Positions 37,543 to 50,505 of a DNA stretch of 64,000 bases are shown piece after piece. Below the pieces are notes generated by a model. That model saw only the letters and a program-made list of their open reading frames with translations, was not told the DNA's origin and ran no database searches. The DNA is taken from positions 62,001 through 126,000 of the forward strand of contig NIVC01001645.1 in assembly GCA_002269645.1 (NCBI GenBank). The letters are read 5' to 3'. The translations under genes were made by a program, and so were the position numbers. Source of the stretch: Macrostomum lignano. Taxonomy: Eukaryota. Position 1 is the stretch's first letter; every line of letters starts with the position of its first letter.

Positions 37543-39461
37543 CCTCTTTGTTCTTTAAAGTTAAGGCATGCAATAAATGGAGTCATTCATTACAACTATG
37601 AACTTGAACTTAATTGTAAATTATAGACTTTTTGGACTTAAGCTATGCATTGTACATGTGAAAAAAGCTTACTAAATAGATTATTCCTAAAGACTTGGTA
37701 CCAAAAATAGTATATATATTTAGTATATTTAGATATATATATTTATCTGTGAATTTAAACCTGCTTAGGGTAATTGGCAGAATAGGTAATATTTGCCTAG
37801 TGCTAATTCTTATTATTATTATATAATTGTCAGATAGCTTTGTTATGCTTGATAAATTAAATTCTGATATTGGCCACTTAATAGAATTCTTAGATTATTA
37901 TTTGTTGTTAGATTTATAATTCAAATGCACTGCAGCATCATGGGTTAAAGTTATTTAATTTACTTTCTCTCTCTCTCTCTCTCTCTTTTTTCAGTTAGAA
38001 TTGAAAAAAAGAATATAAAGATACATAGTAAACTATCTCTCTAAATTATATAATCACCATTTTGGCTAAAATGCCTATAGCCAAACTGGTTTATGGGCAA
38101 AATGGACTATGGGCGAGATGGTCTTAGGGCAAAATGTTCATGGCCAAAATGGTTTGGGGGCAAAACAACTAGAATTCATTTAATCTTTACCTTTCTTCTT
38201 CTTAATCCCTTCTCACCTAGTCCAACTCTATTTTATAGCACAAGTTGCATTATTTTACAGTATAGTTATTACTGTACTAGAATTTTACTATATATTCTCA
38301 AAGATGACATTTTTTAATGTTCTTAAGTATACTAGATTTGGTAAAAGTAACAAAAATTGGACTTGACTCAGGATAAGGAAGATAATTTGGGACTATTTTA
38401 TTATTTTATAAATACTAATAATATAAATAGGCCTAAGAGGCTAAGTAAAATAAAAATGGGCCGATCAAAACAAAAATTACAACAATATTTCAAGTTCAAC
38501 AACTAAATTCCATTTTTGTGATTTTATTTGAAATTTGAAATTGAAATATTTGAAATTCTATTTGAAATAGAATTTTGGTAGTAATAATAGAAAGTAGAAT
38601 GGAAAGTAGGACTTTTTATTGATCAACAATCTTCAGCCAAGATCAACCAAAACTTTTATTTATTGCTGCATCTCTATGCTTTAATCATTTGCTCTGAAAC
38701 TTTTATCAATTTTTGACACATATCTAGGGCACACTAGGCCCTTTTGTATGCCAAGTTGTATGCCAATAGTGTAATCTAGGTCCCTCTGTACGCCAGAAAA
38801 TTCCAGCGTACATGTATACCATCCAGAGTCTGGCATCTGCGGGTTTTCAACATTTATTCCAATAGAGCTTTTATTGGACAAAATAGCAGATGAACTGTCC
38901 ACCCTAGCAAAGACTTCCAGCAGACAAATTGACAGCAGACAAAATGACCTACACCTGCATGAAACAGCACATACAGAATGATACAGTGCACAGAATAGCA
39001 AACACCCAGCAGGATTTTTTGAATGCACAGTGGTGCATAGCAAAAATCTGATCAAAAAACAATTAAAAAAGGAAGCAAAAATATGTTTAGCGCATATTTT
39101 GCCTTGAAGTTTCAACCTAGAAGCTTAAAAATCTGAATTTTTCTGATCCGATTGTCCAAAGTAATTCAGGAATTAAATCCCGGGATCCCGGGATCGCAAA
39201 AACCGGGATTTTGCAATCCCTAGCCCAAACTCTCAAAGTATACTCTGAATTCTGAAATGGACTTTTTAACAACTGTCATTGATTAGGCCTAGGCCTATTC
39301 AAAAACCAGAATTAATTTGTGCGCACGCACATCAGTAACAAGTTTCAGAAAATGAAACGAATACCGTGGCGGTAAAGTTGCGCGTTTGGTAATAAATAGT
39401 AAGATTTATAAGAATGTGAGCAGTAGCATTTTTTGTAAACAAAACGACTATTTAAATTTAA

Positions 39462-40080
39462 GGCACTGCTTATCCCCACGGTACCGTAGGAATAATTTCT
39501 GTCTTATTCCAACGGTACCGTGCGAATAATTTTCTGCTTATCCGCACGGCACACTGAGGAGATAGCTGCCCTATCTTCTACATATGCCGTGCGAATAATT
39601 TTCTGCTTGTCCGCAATATGAATATGAATCATGCGAATTCACATGAGTAGTAAAATTCTACGGAAGCGGCAATGGACTATGTAAATCACGGCGAGATCAG
39701 ATTAGACTTTGCTAAAAATTTAAATAATAAACAACTCTTAGAGTTAATTTAATTTAAATCATTTGCTACTACACAAAAAAATTCTTCTCATAGAAAAAAT
39801 CTTTATTTCTTTAGAACAAATGTTCAAGCCAAGTTATGTTGTTATACTGCACTCAAATCGTATGTACTAAACTTCCCACAACACGGCATATGTAGAAGAT
39901 AGGGCAGCTATCTCGTCAGTGTGCCGTGCGGATAAGCAGAAAATTATTCGCACGGCATATGTAGAAGATAGGGCAGCTATCTCGTCAGTGTGCCGTGCGG
40001 ATAAGCAGAAAATTATTCGCACGGTACCGTTGGAATAAGACAGAAATTATTCCTACGGTACCGTGGGGATAAGCACTGCC
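39462..40080. mobile_element. Mutator (MULE)-type MITE, 619 bp
   Basis: Begins GG and ends CC. Inverted terminal repeats of about 145 bp (GGCACTGCTTATCCCCACGGTACCGTAGG...). Exact 9-bp TSD TAAATTTAA at 39453-39461 and 40081-40089. Confidence 0.88.
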
Positions 40081-40386
40081 TAAATTTAAACTCACAATGA
40101 AATTTCCCGGGAAACTTATTCAATTCAAGCTATAAGCTATTTCTAATTTACCGATTTTGAATATAAATTTTAATAAAACAACTAAGTTTTAATTAAAATG
40201 TCAATAAAATTTATAAGTATCGATCTGCTATTTTAAATTAATTTTAGGCCTATGCTGCGTTTTTTCTAAACTTTATACTGCAAACACTGCGACTCTAGTT
40301 AGATCAATGCACGTTTTTTTATTTGTCAATAACGAATGTACTTGGCGTTTGCGTTATTGGCTTCGTGCATGGCTTGTGCGAATTAA

Positions 40387-40731
40387 GGGCCTTTTCATAT
40401 TACCAATTCCAGAACCAGAACTATTAAACTCTGTTAATATTTGACTGCCTTAACAACCTAACTTAGCACAATTTTTCACTTTCTTCTTGGCGATTGTCAT
40501 TCAATAATAAAAACTACGGTTATCTTCAAGTTTCGTTCGTTTAATTCCAACACCCACCCCCACCACCCTTGAATAGAGGGCGAAAATAATTCCGGAAATA
40601 ATTAAACGAACGAAACTTGAAGATTGCCAAAACTTTATAGCACGTATTTCCCTCTAGTTATGGAGACAAAAAGTTATACTTCACAAATTGGTTCTGGTTC
40701 TGGAACCAGAGCAAGCAATATGAAAAGGCCC
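40387..40731. mobile_element. PIF/Harbinger-type MITE, 345 bp
   Basis: TIR GGGCCTTTTCATATT / AATATGAAAAGGCCC with TAA TSD on both sides; further internal inverted blocks (TCTTCAAGTTTCGTTCGTTTAATT and its complement). Confidence 0.8.
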
Positions 40732-41514
40732 TAAGTAGGACGGAAACCTCGTTTCTTGTAAAATTTTTGAAGGCAGGTTTTTCCGAAAAAATACACACGG
40801 AGATAGTAAGTTTTCATTTTTTCAGCACAAAAATTGTTATTGCTTTTGATTGGAGGCAGATCCAGTGTTGATCTTTTGATATGTTGTGCCTTTCTTATTG
40901 CTCTATCGATATTCATAAAGCTTTCGTTCAAAAAATTAGGATTTTATGTTAATTTTTTATTCTACGTACATCTCCTGTACCTAACAACCATAAAAATGCA
41001 TGGCACAGCTCCAATCTTTGGTTTTATGAATCTATATTATCATCTCTGTTACAAATATTTGTTACACAGTCAGCTAAGAATGTTGAAATAGACTCAACCT
41101 CAAAACAAAACCAAAGAGCTTAGCCATGGCCAATGGCCATGCCATTTTAATGGTTTTTAGGCACAAGATACATCCTGCAAATGTACTGATATATAGAATA
41201 AAAATTAACATAGAATCATAAATTCATAAATGAAATTTGGAAACTATTCTTGTAGGCCTAAACAAAACAGCTAGCTTTTAAAAAAGACCACTAAGTGTAT
41301 ACAGTATTAGGAGACCACTGGAAGGTCAAAAGATACTAAAATACTACAATACTAAGATACTAAAAATACTACAGTACAATAGAATTAAGGGAAATCTTCA
41401 AGTTCTAGGCCTAGTTCTAGGCTAGTTTACTGCATTAAATTATTTTCATGTTTTCATGAAATTTTCAGCCTATCTAATAATTGCCAGATTGATTCTATCA
41501 TCTAGTAATACACC

Positions 41515-41800
41515 TTTCCTAGTTTAATAATACTGATTGATGAATGGCAGGCCTACAATGGCTTGCAAAATAATGTGGCTATCAATAACCAACTTCATTT
41601 TGTGGATCCTCACAACCCAACTGTCCACACAAACACCATTGAGGAGTCATAGGTAGGTATCAAGGCCAAATTTAGGGCAATACATAGATAGTATTAATGA
41701 TGCTTTATTTGATACCTACCTTAATGAGTACTTGTGATGCCATTTCTTTCTACTGTCAAAAGTGTTTGGGAACTTCCTATATTGGGTTAGGCACTATTAT
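41515..41800 (+). pseudogene. Decayed Merlin/ISXO2 (IS1595-family) transposase C-terminal fragment
   Basis: Frameshifted peptides DEWQAYNGLQ, HFVDPHNPTVHTNTIEE*, IKAKF and LFDTYLNEYL* resemble the ISXO2 motifs TD.W..Y..L, NH...FVDP..HT..IE..W and L..YL.E..W. Confidence 0.6.
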
Positions 41801-42229
41801 TGATAGGTCTACTCTGTCTAATGACTAATGTAATGACTTCATAGGCCTATTTTACATTTTTTTCATATTCCTGGCCTCTCCTCCCAAATTTCTAGACAAA
41901 AATTATCCTTCCCTTGAAATTCTAGAAACATCTCTTTAATATAGGCCTACCCCCTCCTTCGGGTGCAGAATGGGCCCCTGAAATAAATTCCTGGCTATAT
42001 TAGGCCTACTAGTTTAGAAAGTGACATATATGCAAAGATTTCTTAGCGTACAACAATGTTATTTGACATTTGTCAATATATATCCTGGTGTATATAACAC
42101 TGTAAAACATCATGTCAGTGACACATTTTTAGTCCTAGTATTAAAAGAGATATTGTACTTTTTTCTTCCACTAGACCCAGTGACCCATTATACACATGAT
42201 CTAAACTATAGGTCACTAGCAATCAAAAG

Positions 42230-42662
42230 CCACTAGCAGTCAAAAGTCATTAGCAGTCAAAAGTCACTAATAGTGAAAAGTCATTAGCAGTCAAAAGCCA
42301 TTAGTAGTCAAAAGTTACTAGTAGTCAAAAGCCACTAGTAGTAAAAAATCACTAGCAGTCAAAAGTCATTAGCAGTCAAAAGCCATTAGTAGTCAAAAGT
42401 TACTAGTAGTCAAAAGCCACTAGTAGTAAAAAATCACTAGCGGTCAAAAGCCACTAGCAGTCAAAATTCATTAGCACTCAAAATTCATTAGTGTCAGTCA
42501 AAAGTCACCAGCAGTCAAAAGCTGCTAGCAATTGAAAGTCATTAGCAGTCAAAAGTCACCAGCAGTCAAAAGCCACTAGCAGTCAAAAGTCATTAGCAGT
42601 CAAAAGTCACCAGCAGTCAAAAGCCGCTAGCAATTGAAAGTCATTAATAGTCAAAAGTCAGA
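42230..42662. repeat. 17-bp minisatellite (AGCAGTCAAAAGTCATT)n
   Basis: Direct reading. Confidence 0.9.
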
Positions 42663-42781
42663 AAACCTTTATATTGTCCTTTTATTAAATGACTTTTGTT
42701 GATATTGAAACCTATTTGCATATAACCTTAATCATGGCCATTATTTCAGCTTGACTTTTAAAGTTCAATAAGAAAATAACA

Positions 42782-45092
42782 ATGGCTCCAATGTTAAGTG
42801 CCTACATGTATGCACTGTTCTCATTCCTGATGGTGATTGCCAACAAGCTGCTGCTCACATCTTACCTATTTCCATCGCCTGCCTTTCTCTGCCTAACTCA
42901 AGTCAGCTCTACCTGCTTGTTTTTGTTGACTGCTCGCGCCTTTGGCATTGTCCAATTTGGAGCATCCCTGTCCGATGCTGCTGGGATATTTCCTCTGCCA
43001 ATATATTTCTTTGGCAACCTTGTGTTTGGCCTGTCAGGTACACAGGTAAGATAATTTTCAGCAGCCTAAGCCATAAAAATATGACTTTTAAGTTACATCC
43101 AACAATGATTTATTTATTAATTTATTCATATTATACTCAGTAGAGTAAGCGCCACATACATGCGCGACCTCCAAAGTCGGTCGGCCGTGCGACTTAGTTT
43201 TAACAAAAATGCGATGTAGTTGTTGGCCAAAAATGCAACGTACATGTAAAAAACGCAATTAACACAACTTTGGGTAAACGGCAGGAGTAACTATGACTCC
43301 TGCTATTAACTATAACTATTATCAAGCAAAAATGCCTCGTCAGCTACTTCGTACTACTACTTGGTGTTTTTCGGGTGGGCATTTTTGCGACTTCCATGGT
43401 TGGCCGCCAAATCGGTCGGCCGACTCGGCCGACTGTTGCGCATGTATGAAGCGCCATATAGCAGATGCAGTTTGGGATAATTAGGATTGTGATGACTAGC
43501 TAGATGGCTAAAAATGTGAAGGAATAGAGAATCGGTTTAGAATGGCTTTCATACATGCGCAACCTTGGGAATCACTCGGCCGTTTCTATTGGCAACACAC
43601 ACATGTAAGTCGCTATTGGCTGAGAGCAGTCACGTGACTACTATTCCGTCCAATAGCGACTTACATGTGTGTGTTGCCAATAGAAACGGCCGGGTGAATC
43701 CCTAGGTTTCGCCCAAGCATGCTTGTATTAGTAATCCCAATGTGCATTTTAAATATGACAGTTGGTTCTTTTTGGTGTCTGTCTACCACTGTCCAGTCCA
43801 TTTCTGCCTAGGTAAGAGGACGATTCTCATTTAGCAGTTAGGGGACTATTCTCATGCGCTGGTTAGAGGGATTCTCATGCGCTGGTTAGAGGGATTCTCA
43901 TGCGCTGGTTAGAGGGATTCTCATGCGCTGGTTAGAGGGATTCTCATGCGCTGGTTAGTTCTAAGGATTCTCATGCGGTGGTTAGGATTCTCAAGGGGTG
44001 GTTAGAGGGATTCTCATGAGGTGGTTCGGGGGATTCTCGTGGGGTGGTTAGAGAGATTCTCATGCGGTGGTTAGAAGGATTCTCATGGAGTGGTTCGGAG
44101 AATTCTCATGGGGTGGTTTGGAGGATTCTCATGGAATGGTTCGGAGGATTCTCATGGATTATTTAGAGTCATTATCATGCGGTGGTTGGAGGCATTCTCA
44201 TGCGGTAGTTAGGATTCTCAAGGGGTGGTTAGAGAGATTCTCATGCGATGGTTCGAAGGATTCTCATGGGGTGGTTCGGGGGATTCTCATGGCGTCATGG
44301 GGTGGTTCGGGAGGATTCTCATGGAGTAGTTAAAGGCATTCTCATGCGGCTGATTGTCTCCCCGCTGCTTACAGGCTGAAAAGATGCTACTGAATTCCCC
44401 TTGAATCACTGCAACCAAACTCGCAGGTGGTCAGCCTGCCAATGTTCACCGTGCTTCGCCGGCTCTGCATTCTGATGACCTTTATTGGCGAATTGATTTT
44501 CCTTCAACGTCGCGGCGACAACAGAGGCGTCGGTTTAGCTGTCTTCCTCATGCTGTTGGGCGCTTCCATTGCCGCTATGAACGATTTGACCTTTGACCTG
44601 GCCGGCTACGCATTCCTAATGCTAAACAATTTATTCACAGCTGCCTATGGCATCACATTAAAGTTGAAAACTGGCAGTTTGAGCGGATTGTCAAAGTATG
44701 GGATCCTGTATCACTGCTGCTCCATCGCTGTGCTGCCATGTCTGGCGCTCAACCTGTGGACTGGCGAGTTCTCCAGAGTGGCAGACTACCGCGGCTGGTC
44801 CCTGCCAGTGGTTTGGGCCCTGTTCTGCACCAGCAATCTGTTGCAGCTGTTCCTGCTGTACAGCACCATACAATGCACCGCCGACAATGGCCCCTTAACC
44901 ACCACCGTGATTGGGGTGTTGAAAAATGTTCTAGTCACCTATCTTGGCATGTTTATAGGTCGGGACTATGTGTTCACGTTGCACAATTTTATGGGCCTGA
45001 ATGTTAGCACTCTGGGCGGCGTTTTGTACACTTATTTGACATTTAAGGCGCCTAAGGTTGAGCCTCAGAAAGGTACCATCATTGTGCGCTAG
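42782..45092 (+). CDS. slc35d: Nucleotide-sugar transporter SLC35D1/D2 (fringe connection / sqv-7 family); exons 42782-43045 and 44427-45092 (309 aa)
   Basis: NKLLLTSYLFPS, FPLP, GLSGTQ|VVSLPMFTVLRR, DLTFDLAGY, KYGILY, LTTTVIGVLKN and GRDYVF..NFMGLN. Phase-0 GTAAG / CGCAG junction. Confidence 0.93.
43149..43454. mobile_element. MITE-like element in the SLC35D intron
   Basis: Imperfect TIRs GCGCCACATACATGCGCGAC / GTTGCGCATGTATGAAGCGC; no clear TSD. Confidence 0.55.
43543..43725. mobile_element. Foldback element with a near-perfect stem of about 55 bp; its 5' end resembles the TIR of the 43149 element
   Basis: 43562-43619 is complementary to 43649-43705; begins GGCTTTCATACATGCGCAAC. Confidence 0.6.
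43815..44350. repeat. 23-bp GATTCTCATG-family minisatellite (GATTCTCATGCGCTGGTTAGAGG)n
   Basis: Direct reading. Confidence 0.88.
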
Positions 45093-45239
45093 TCTGCACC
45101 GGGTCACTGAGCTGTAACCCAATACTTATCTACTCTGATTTGTGCGGTCGGGGTTCTGTGCTCAGATTTTTATTTGCCTTTCTGCTATGCTTCCACATAT
45201 CCATACAGGTTGGCACAGCTCCTTTGTTGATTCCTTATC

Positions 45240-45930
45240 TATCCCCACACCAATCTCTATCCATCCCCACCAATCTCTATCCCTCCCCACCAATCTCTAT
45301 CCCTCCCCACCGATCTCTATCCCTCCCCACCAATCTCTATCCATTCCCACACCGATCTCTATCCATCCCCACACCGATCTCTATCCATCCCCACACCAAT
45401 CTCTATCCATCCCCACACCAATCTCTATCCCTCCCCACCGATCTCTATCCCTCCCCACCAATCTCTATCCATTCCCACACCGATCTCTATCCATCCCCAC
45501 ACCGATCTCTATCCATCCCCACACCAATCTCTATCCATCCCCACACCAATCTCTATCCCTCCCCACCAATCTCTATCCCTCCCCACCAATCTCTATCCCT
45601 CCCCACCAATCTCTATCCATCCCCACACCAATCTCTATCCATCCCCACACCAATCTCTATCCTTCCCACCAATCTCTATCCCTCCCCACCAATCTCTATC
45701 CCTCCCCACCAATCTCTATCCATCCCCACACCAATCTCTATCCATCCCCACACCAATCTCTATCCTTCCCACCAATCTCTATCCCTCCCCACCAATCTCT
45801 ATCCCTCCCCACCAATCTCTATCCATTCCCACACCGATCTCTTTCCCTCCCCACACCAATCTCTATCCATCCCCACACCAATCTCTATCCCTCCCCACAC
45901 AAATCTCTATCCATCCCCACCAATACCTAT
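45240..45930. repeat. 20/22-bp minisatellite (ACCAATCTCTATCCCTCCCC)n
   Basis: Direct reading. Confidence 0.92.
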
Positions 45931-48900
45931 CTATCATTTATTCAATATATTATTGTGCTACTCTGTATAAAATACATTTTTAGTTTTTTTAATAAAATAA
46001 ATAGCCTATAATCAGTTCCGTGCCTTTGCGCCTGTCAGTATTTGCAGCTTTAAATTAAGCCTATAATTGTTATTTTATTCAAATAACGTTAAAGCTCTGT
46101 TTTGTCTTTCTCACTTTGCTCGGTGTGAAATCCTATTGAATAGTTTTAGGCGCTCCGAGAATAAAGCTCTATCATTCGTTATTTTCTTTCCTTCCCTCAG
46201 TAGTTTAATGCGCGTTGTTTTAAATCAAACAATTTCCTTCTATATCAGTTGTCAATGATTTTTCTAGTACGCGTCATAATTGTACGGCAGAGTGCAGCAT
46301 ACTACTGATTCCTAGTAATATTATTTGCATGCCAGATCAATAAAAATTTGATATGTGCCGGTATTGTTTGCAGAAAGAATGAATTGATAGATGATTTTAC
46401 TTTCATATTTTCTAAATAAAATTGCCCCAGTCAGTGATGTAGCATTTACTGTAACTGCTTTATTGTAGCTGTCAAACTTGAAAAAATGAGGATATAATTA
46501 ATTTAATTAATTGATGTTTCTTCTGTACTTTAGTTGTTGTCCACGTGGCAAAATCTAGCTTTGTGCTAATGTATTGCGAGTCAGGTCTGGTTCAGTAGAG
46601 GCAGTATTTGTTACGCCCAGATTTCTATATTCAGATGTATAGTGTGCTACAAATTGCAACCTTAGGAAGAAGAGGAAAGAATGAAAAAAGTATAGAGAGG
46701 AGATGAGATCTGAGATTCTTGCTATTTGATATCTTGGGGAGCAGAAGCAGCAGCTGCGGGGTCGTTCTCAAAGTTTAGTCGTAAGCAGTGAAACAAATAT
46801 TTTTGAAAATCAGCCTGAAATATTGAATCTTTTCTTATTTTAGCTCTAAAAGGACTTAAAAAATATATGCCTCTCATGGGTCTTAATCTTTTTTTAACAT
46901 TGAACTTTTGATGTTAATCTCATCAGAGTGCGCTATTTCATTTTTCGATATATATTTTTATTATCGCACGAGCTATAATACCCACTTTAGAGAAGCTACA
47001 TTCTGTTCACGTGGTCTTATTAAAGAAGAAAGTTGATAAATGTTATTTATAACTTTGGTTAACACAACCTAGAACCCATTTAACTCTTTCGATTGCAAAG
47101 CAGATGTTGCTATTTCGATTTTTGCTAGAAACGTAACATTATGAATGATTAAAAAATTCACTTTTAATTAATTTGTTCTGTTGATAGAATAAGCTAATAG
47201 CTGCGTTTTCTGCTGTTTTTTTAAGAAAGATAGTCATATCTAACACTAAAGTATCAATTAAGGCAGTTTCATTCTATATTAAAAAAGAAAAGTTAAATAA
47301 ATTCAATTTTAAGTTTTTTTCAATAGCACAAAATTAACCTAACAAAGAGAGATTTCGCTGACTACAACAAAGCAAGTAGCACCAAAGTTATTTTAATTTA
47401 AAGTCCTCATCTGTGGGATGAGAAAAAGTACCACTTTTTTGTCTCTAGTTATGAAAAAAAAATTTCTCAGCATATTGTTAGGTTTTTTGGATGTTTTTTA
47501 TGTACGCTCGTATTTAGATGAATTTTTGCTATTAATCACCCAATATGTTAGTCAGAACAAACAGAATTTCATTTATGTAGATAAAATTGACTATTTTTCT
47601 CTTAAAAACAGTCGTTTTTTGTTGTTTTCACACAATTTTTTTAACTGATTTAAAATTTGTATTGTAAGTTACAAGTAAACATAATGAGTCAAAACAAGAG
47701 GTAGTAGAAACTGAAAAGAAAATAAGAGTAACGAATAATAAAAAAGTTGCATGATTTGATTAGTCAAGAAATAGTATAAAAACAATTTTGCATCGGATTT
47801 ATTATCTATGAAATTAGCTGTCTGAAGCACAAAAAATTAATTTCTTTGAAACATTAAATTCATTCTCATATGTTCTGCAATTCATTAAAGATATATATGT
47901 AGCAACTTAAACATTCAGTTGATACTTTCCACCTTTGGATGCATATAGCTACTAACAAGAAAAAAGACAAAAGAAAAAACTTAATTGCCATTGATGCTGG
48001 CAATGTAATATTAAATATGGTACAGAAAGATGGAATCTCTACAGAGTGCTGCCACACGAATTTGTGAAGTGTTTAACAGATTAGTCATGGCAGTACCATA
48101 ACAGACATACTATATTTTATATTACTCTTCGATTGACAATTACGCTTTAGATATGTTTTAGATGATGATTTTCCATTGGGACTGACTCTATATACCGAGG
48201 CCAGACACAGTTAAGTGCGGCTGACAGCACTGAAGCGGCGGTTAACAGAGAATGCGATGAGCTGTGGCCTGTGGAGACAGCCAGCTGATGTACGAGCATC
48301 AGTAAAAGGGAAAGACATCCAATAGTGTCTTGCTATTGGTTTGTTACATGTACAGCGAACATCTACTTTTATTCTAATGTGATCGATTTAATTCTACTGA
48401 CCCAATTGGCTAAAGCACTGTAAACTGCACACCTCTCGGACGGATATGTAATGCCATTTGCTGCACTTTTACCTGTTTCTCTGCCAGAACACCAGCATCA
48501 TTGTATGTGCCACAATGCTAAGATGTGCAGTGGTCCTTTGGATGTGGTTAGTTCTGCAGGCATCGACGTAATTTATCAAATGAGACGAATTGTATACCGA
48601 GCATGACAGCTAGTGCAGGGCCAGAATCGATTACAGAGGTTCGCCAGAGCAATTGCAGTGATCCATGTGGCTGCCGAGTCAGACGTCTGTAATAGGCTAA
48701 TTAACTTACCAAGACCAAAGTATTTAATTTAAATTTATAAGCTGCTCTTTTAGTAGTTATGCAGCATAAGAAAATAGTATAGTAAAATAGTAAAATAGTA
48801 TTAAAGCTATGTTGCAGAATATAAATGCTTGCTGAATTATTTTTAAAAAAAACGCAAGTCTGTTCGAAAAAAGATACATGCATTTTAGGTTTTAAAAGAA

Positions 48901-50109
48901 ATGGCTTCCTAGCTCGTTTACTATATATATTCTAATTCAAAAAAACTTTTAATGCTTTAAAAGACATATTTTGCAAGCCTAATTTTTAGCTAAACCAGTT
49001 TTGTATATTTTAAGCATCATATTTCGGTGTTTAAGTACAATATTAAATTCTTGAGTGGTACAATATCAATTATTTCGGGTGTTTCTTGTTACGCGATAAT
49101 TTTAAATACAAGCAATTTATACGAAAAAAACAAAATGTTAATTTAAAAATAACATTTTCTATTGAAATAATACTTATTAAATAGTAAACATAGAATAAAA
49201 GATGTATCTAATTTATAAAAAAATAAAAGAAAACTTGCATTATTTCACAATTTTTGGTCGTTTTATTTTCCGTTGCGAAAAATAACAAATTGCTAGATTT
49301 CGTCTTAAATATTTGGTTTCTTGTGGTTTTAACGGCAGTTTTTTAATTAAATTGACGAAAGAATCGTTTTTGCAAAATAATTACTTTATTCAAAAACTTT
49401 TTTTTCTGTACCAAAACATCATGACCTTAATTTGAGAACTACCCTGCGTCAGTGGTTTCTGGGGCTTTACCTCTTGCTCTCTTCCACTGCCTGTCAATGT
49501 CCGGCGTCTTTGTTCAGAGCTTTGCTTCGACAGACATCAGTGGTATAGCTAGTCTTTGTTCCTTTCCACTCAATCAATTAAATAGCGTGCGCCACTTATA
49601 TAGATAGTGTTGTCAATTGGGTGGTTTTTTAGTTACAAAAATGCTGGTCGTGTCTGTCTCTTGTGTGTCTATAAAGCATGAAGTATAACCATGCGATTAG
49701 AGTATTTAGTATAACAAACCTGAGCTGTCAAAGCAGCTGCTATAATCGATTATTAAAGCATATAGACTGTGTCAGTTGGTTTCCTGGCTGATTTTATCTG
49801 GCTTAGCTCTAACCATGGACTTCTAAAGATAATGAATCTGGACTGGACTCTGCGCTCGTATTGAAATAGGGAAATCTAGAACTTCCTAGACTGCAAGATT
49901 TTCAAGTTAGCTTTAATTTGTTAACGCAGACAGACATAGGGGGGTCAAGGGGGTCGGCTGACCCCTCAAGAAAAAATCCTGGATCCTAGATGGATCTAGT
50001 AAATATCTACTGGATTTCTAACTAAATCTTGAGGTGACATTAAGATTTTGTCAATCAAAAACACGAAAGGGTATTATGAAATAAACTTGCGTTTTGCTTT
50101 GCTCAAAGA

Positions 50110-50211
50110 CCTTAAGCGGGCCGGATTGCTATTGTGAAGGTTCAAAGGAGCCGGATAGAGAGGCTTCGCTGGCCGCCTGTGGCCCCGCAGGCCGGCGTTT
50201 GCCGAGCCCTG
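50110..50211 (+). mobile_element. Right end of a hAT (Charlie-type) element related to the 22438 and 55825 copies
   Basis: GCGGGCCGGATTGCTATTGTGAAG..GCCGGATAGAGAGGCTT, ending GTTTGCCGAGCCCTG; no left TIR found. Confidence 0.55.
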
Positions 50212-50505
50212 CTTAATAGATAGGTGATGTACCTTAACCTTACTCGCACATTCTAACAAGTAACCTTCCTCCCTCCAATCCATATTCTAAAGTGATTCGA
50301 TGTCCATGTGGCTTTCTCTACATAGCTACATGTAGATCCGCTCACTCATCCGAGCTGATCTCCTATTGGACAGAAGCAATGCTTGACCAATCCTTCCCGG
50401 TCCTGGAGTGTATATGTATATGCATCCAGAATACCCACTAGCCTAGTTCAGCCCTTGTGTTCAAGCAGAAATTCGAAGCCATACACACGGGCTCACAGAG
50501 GGATT

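Noticed and set aside
46000-49900. AT-rich stretch with a GC-balanced island at 48190-48700
   Set aside because: No recognisable motif, TIR or consistent exon chain.
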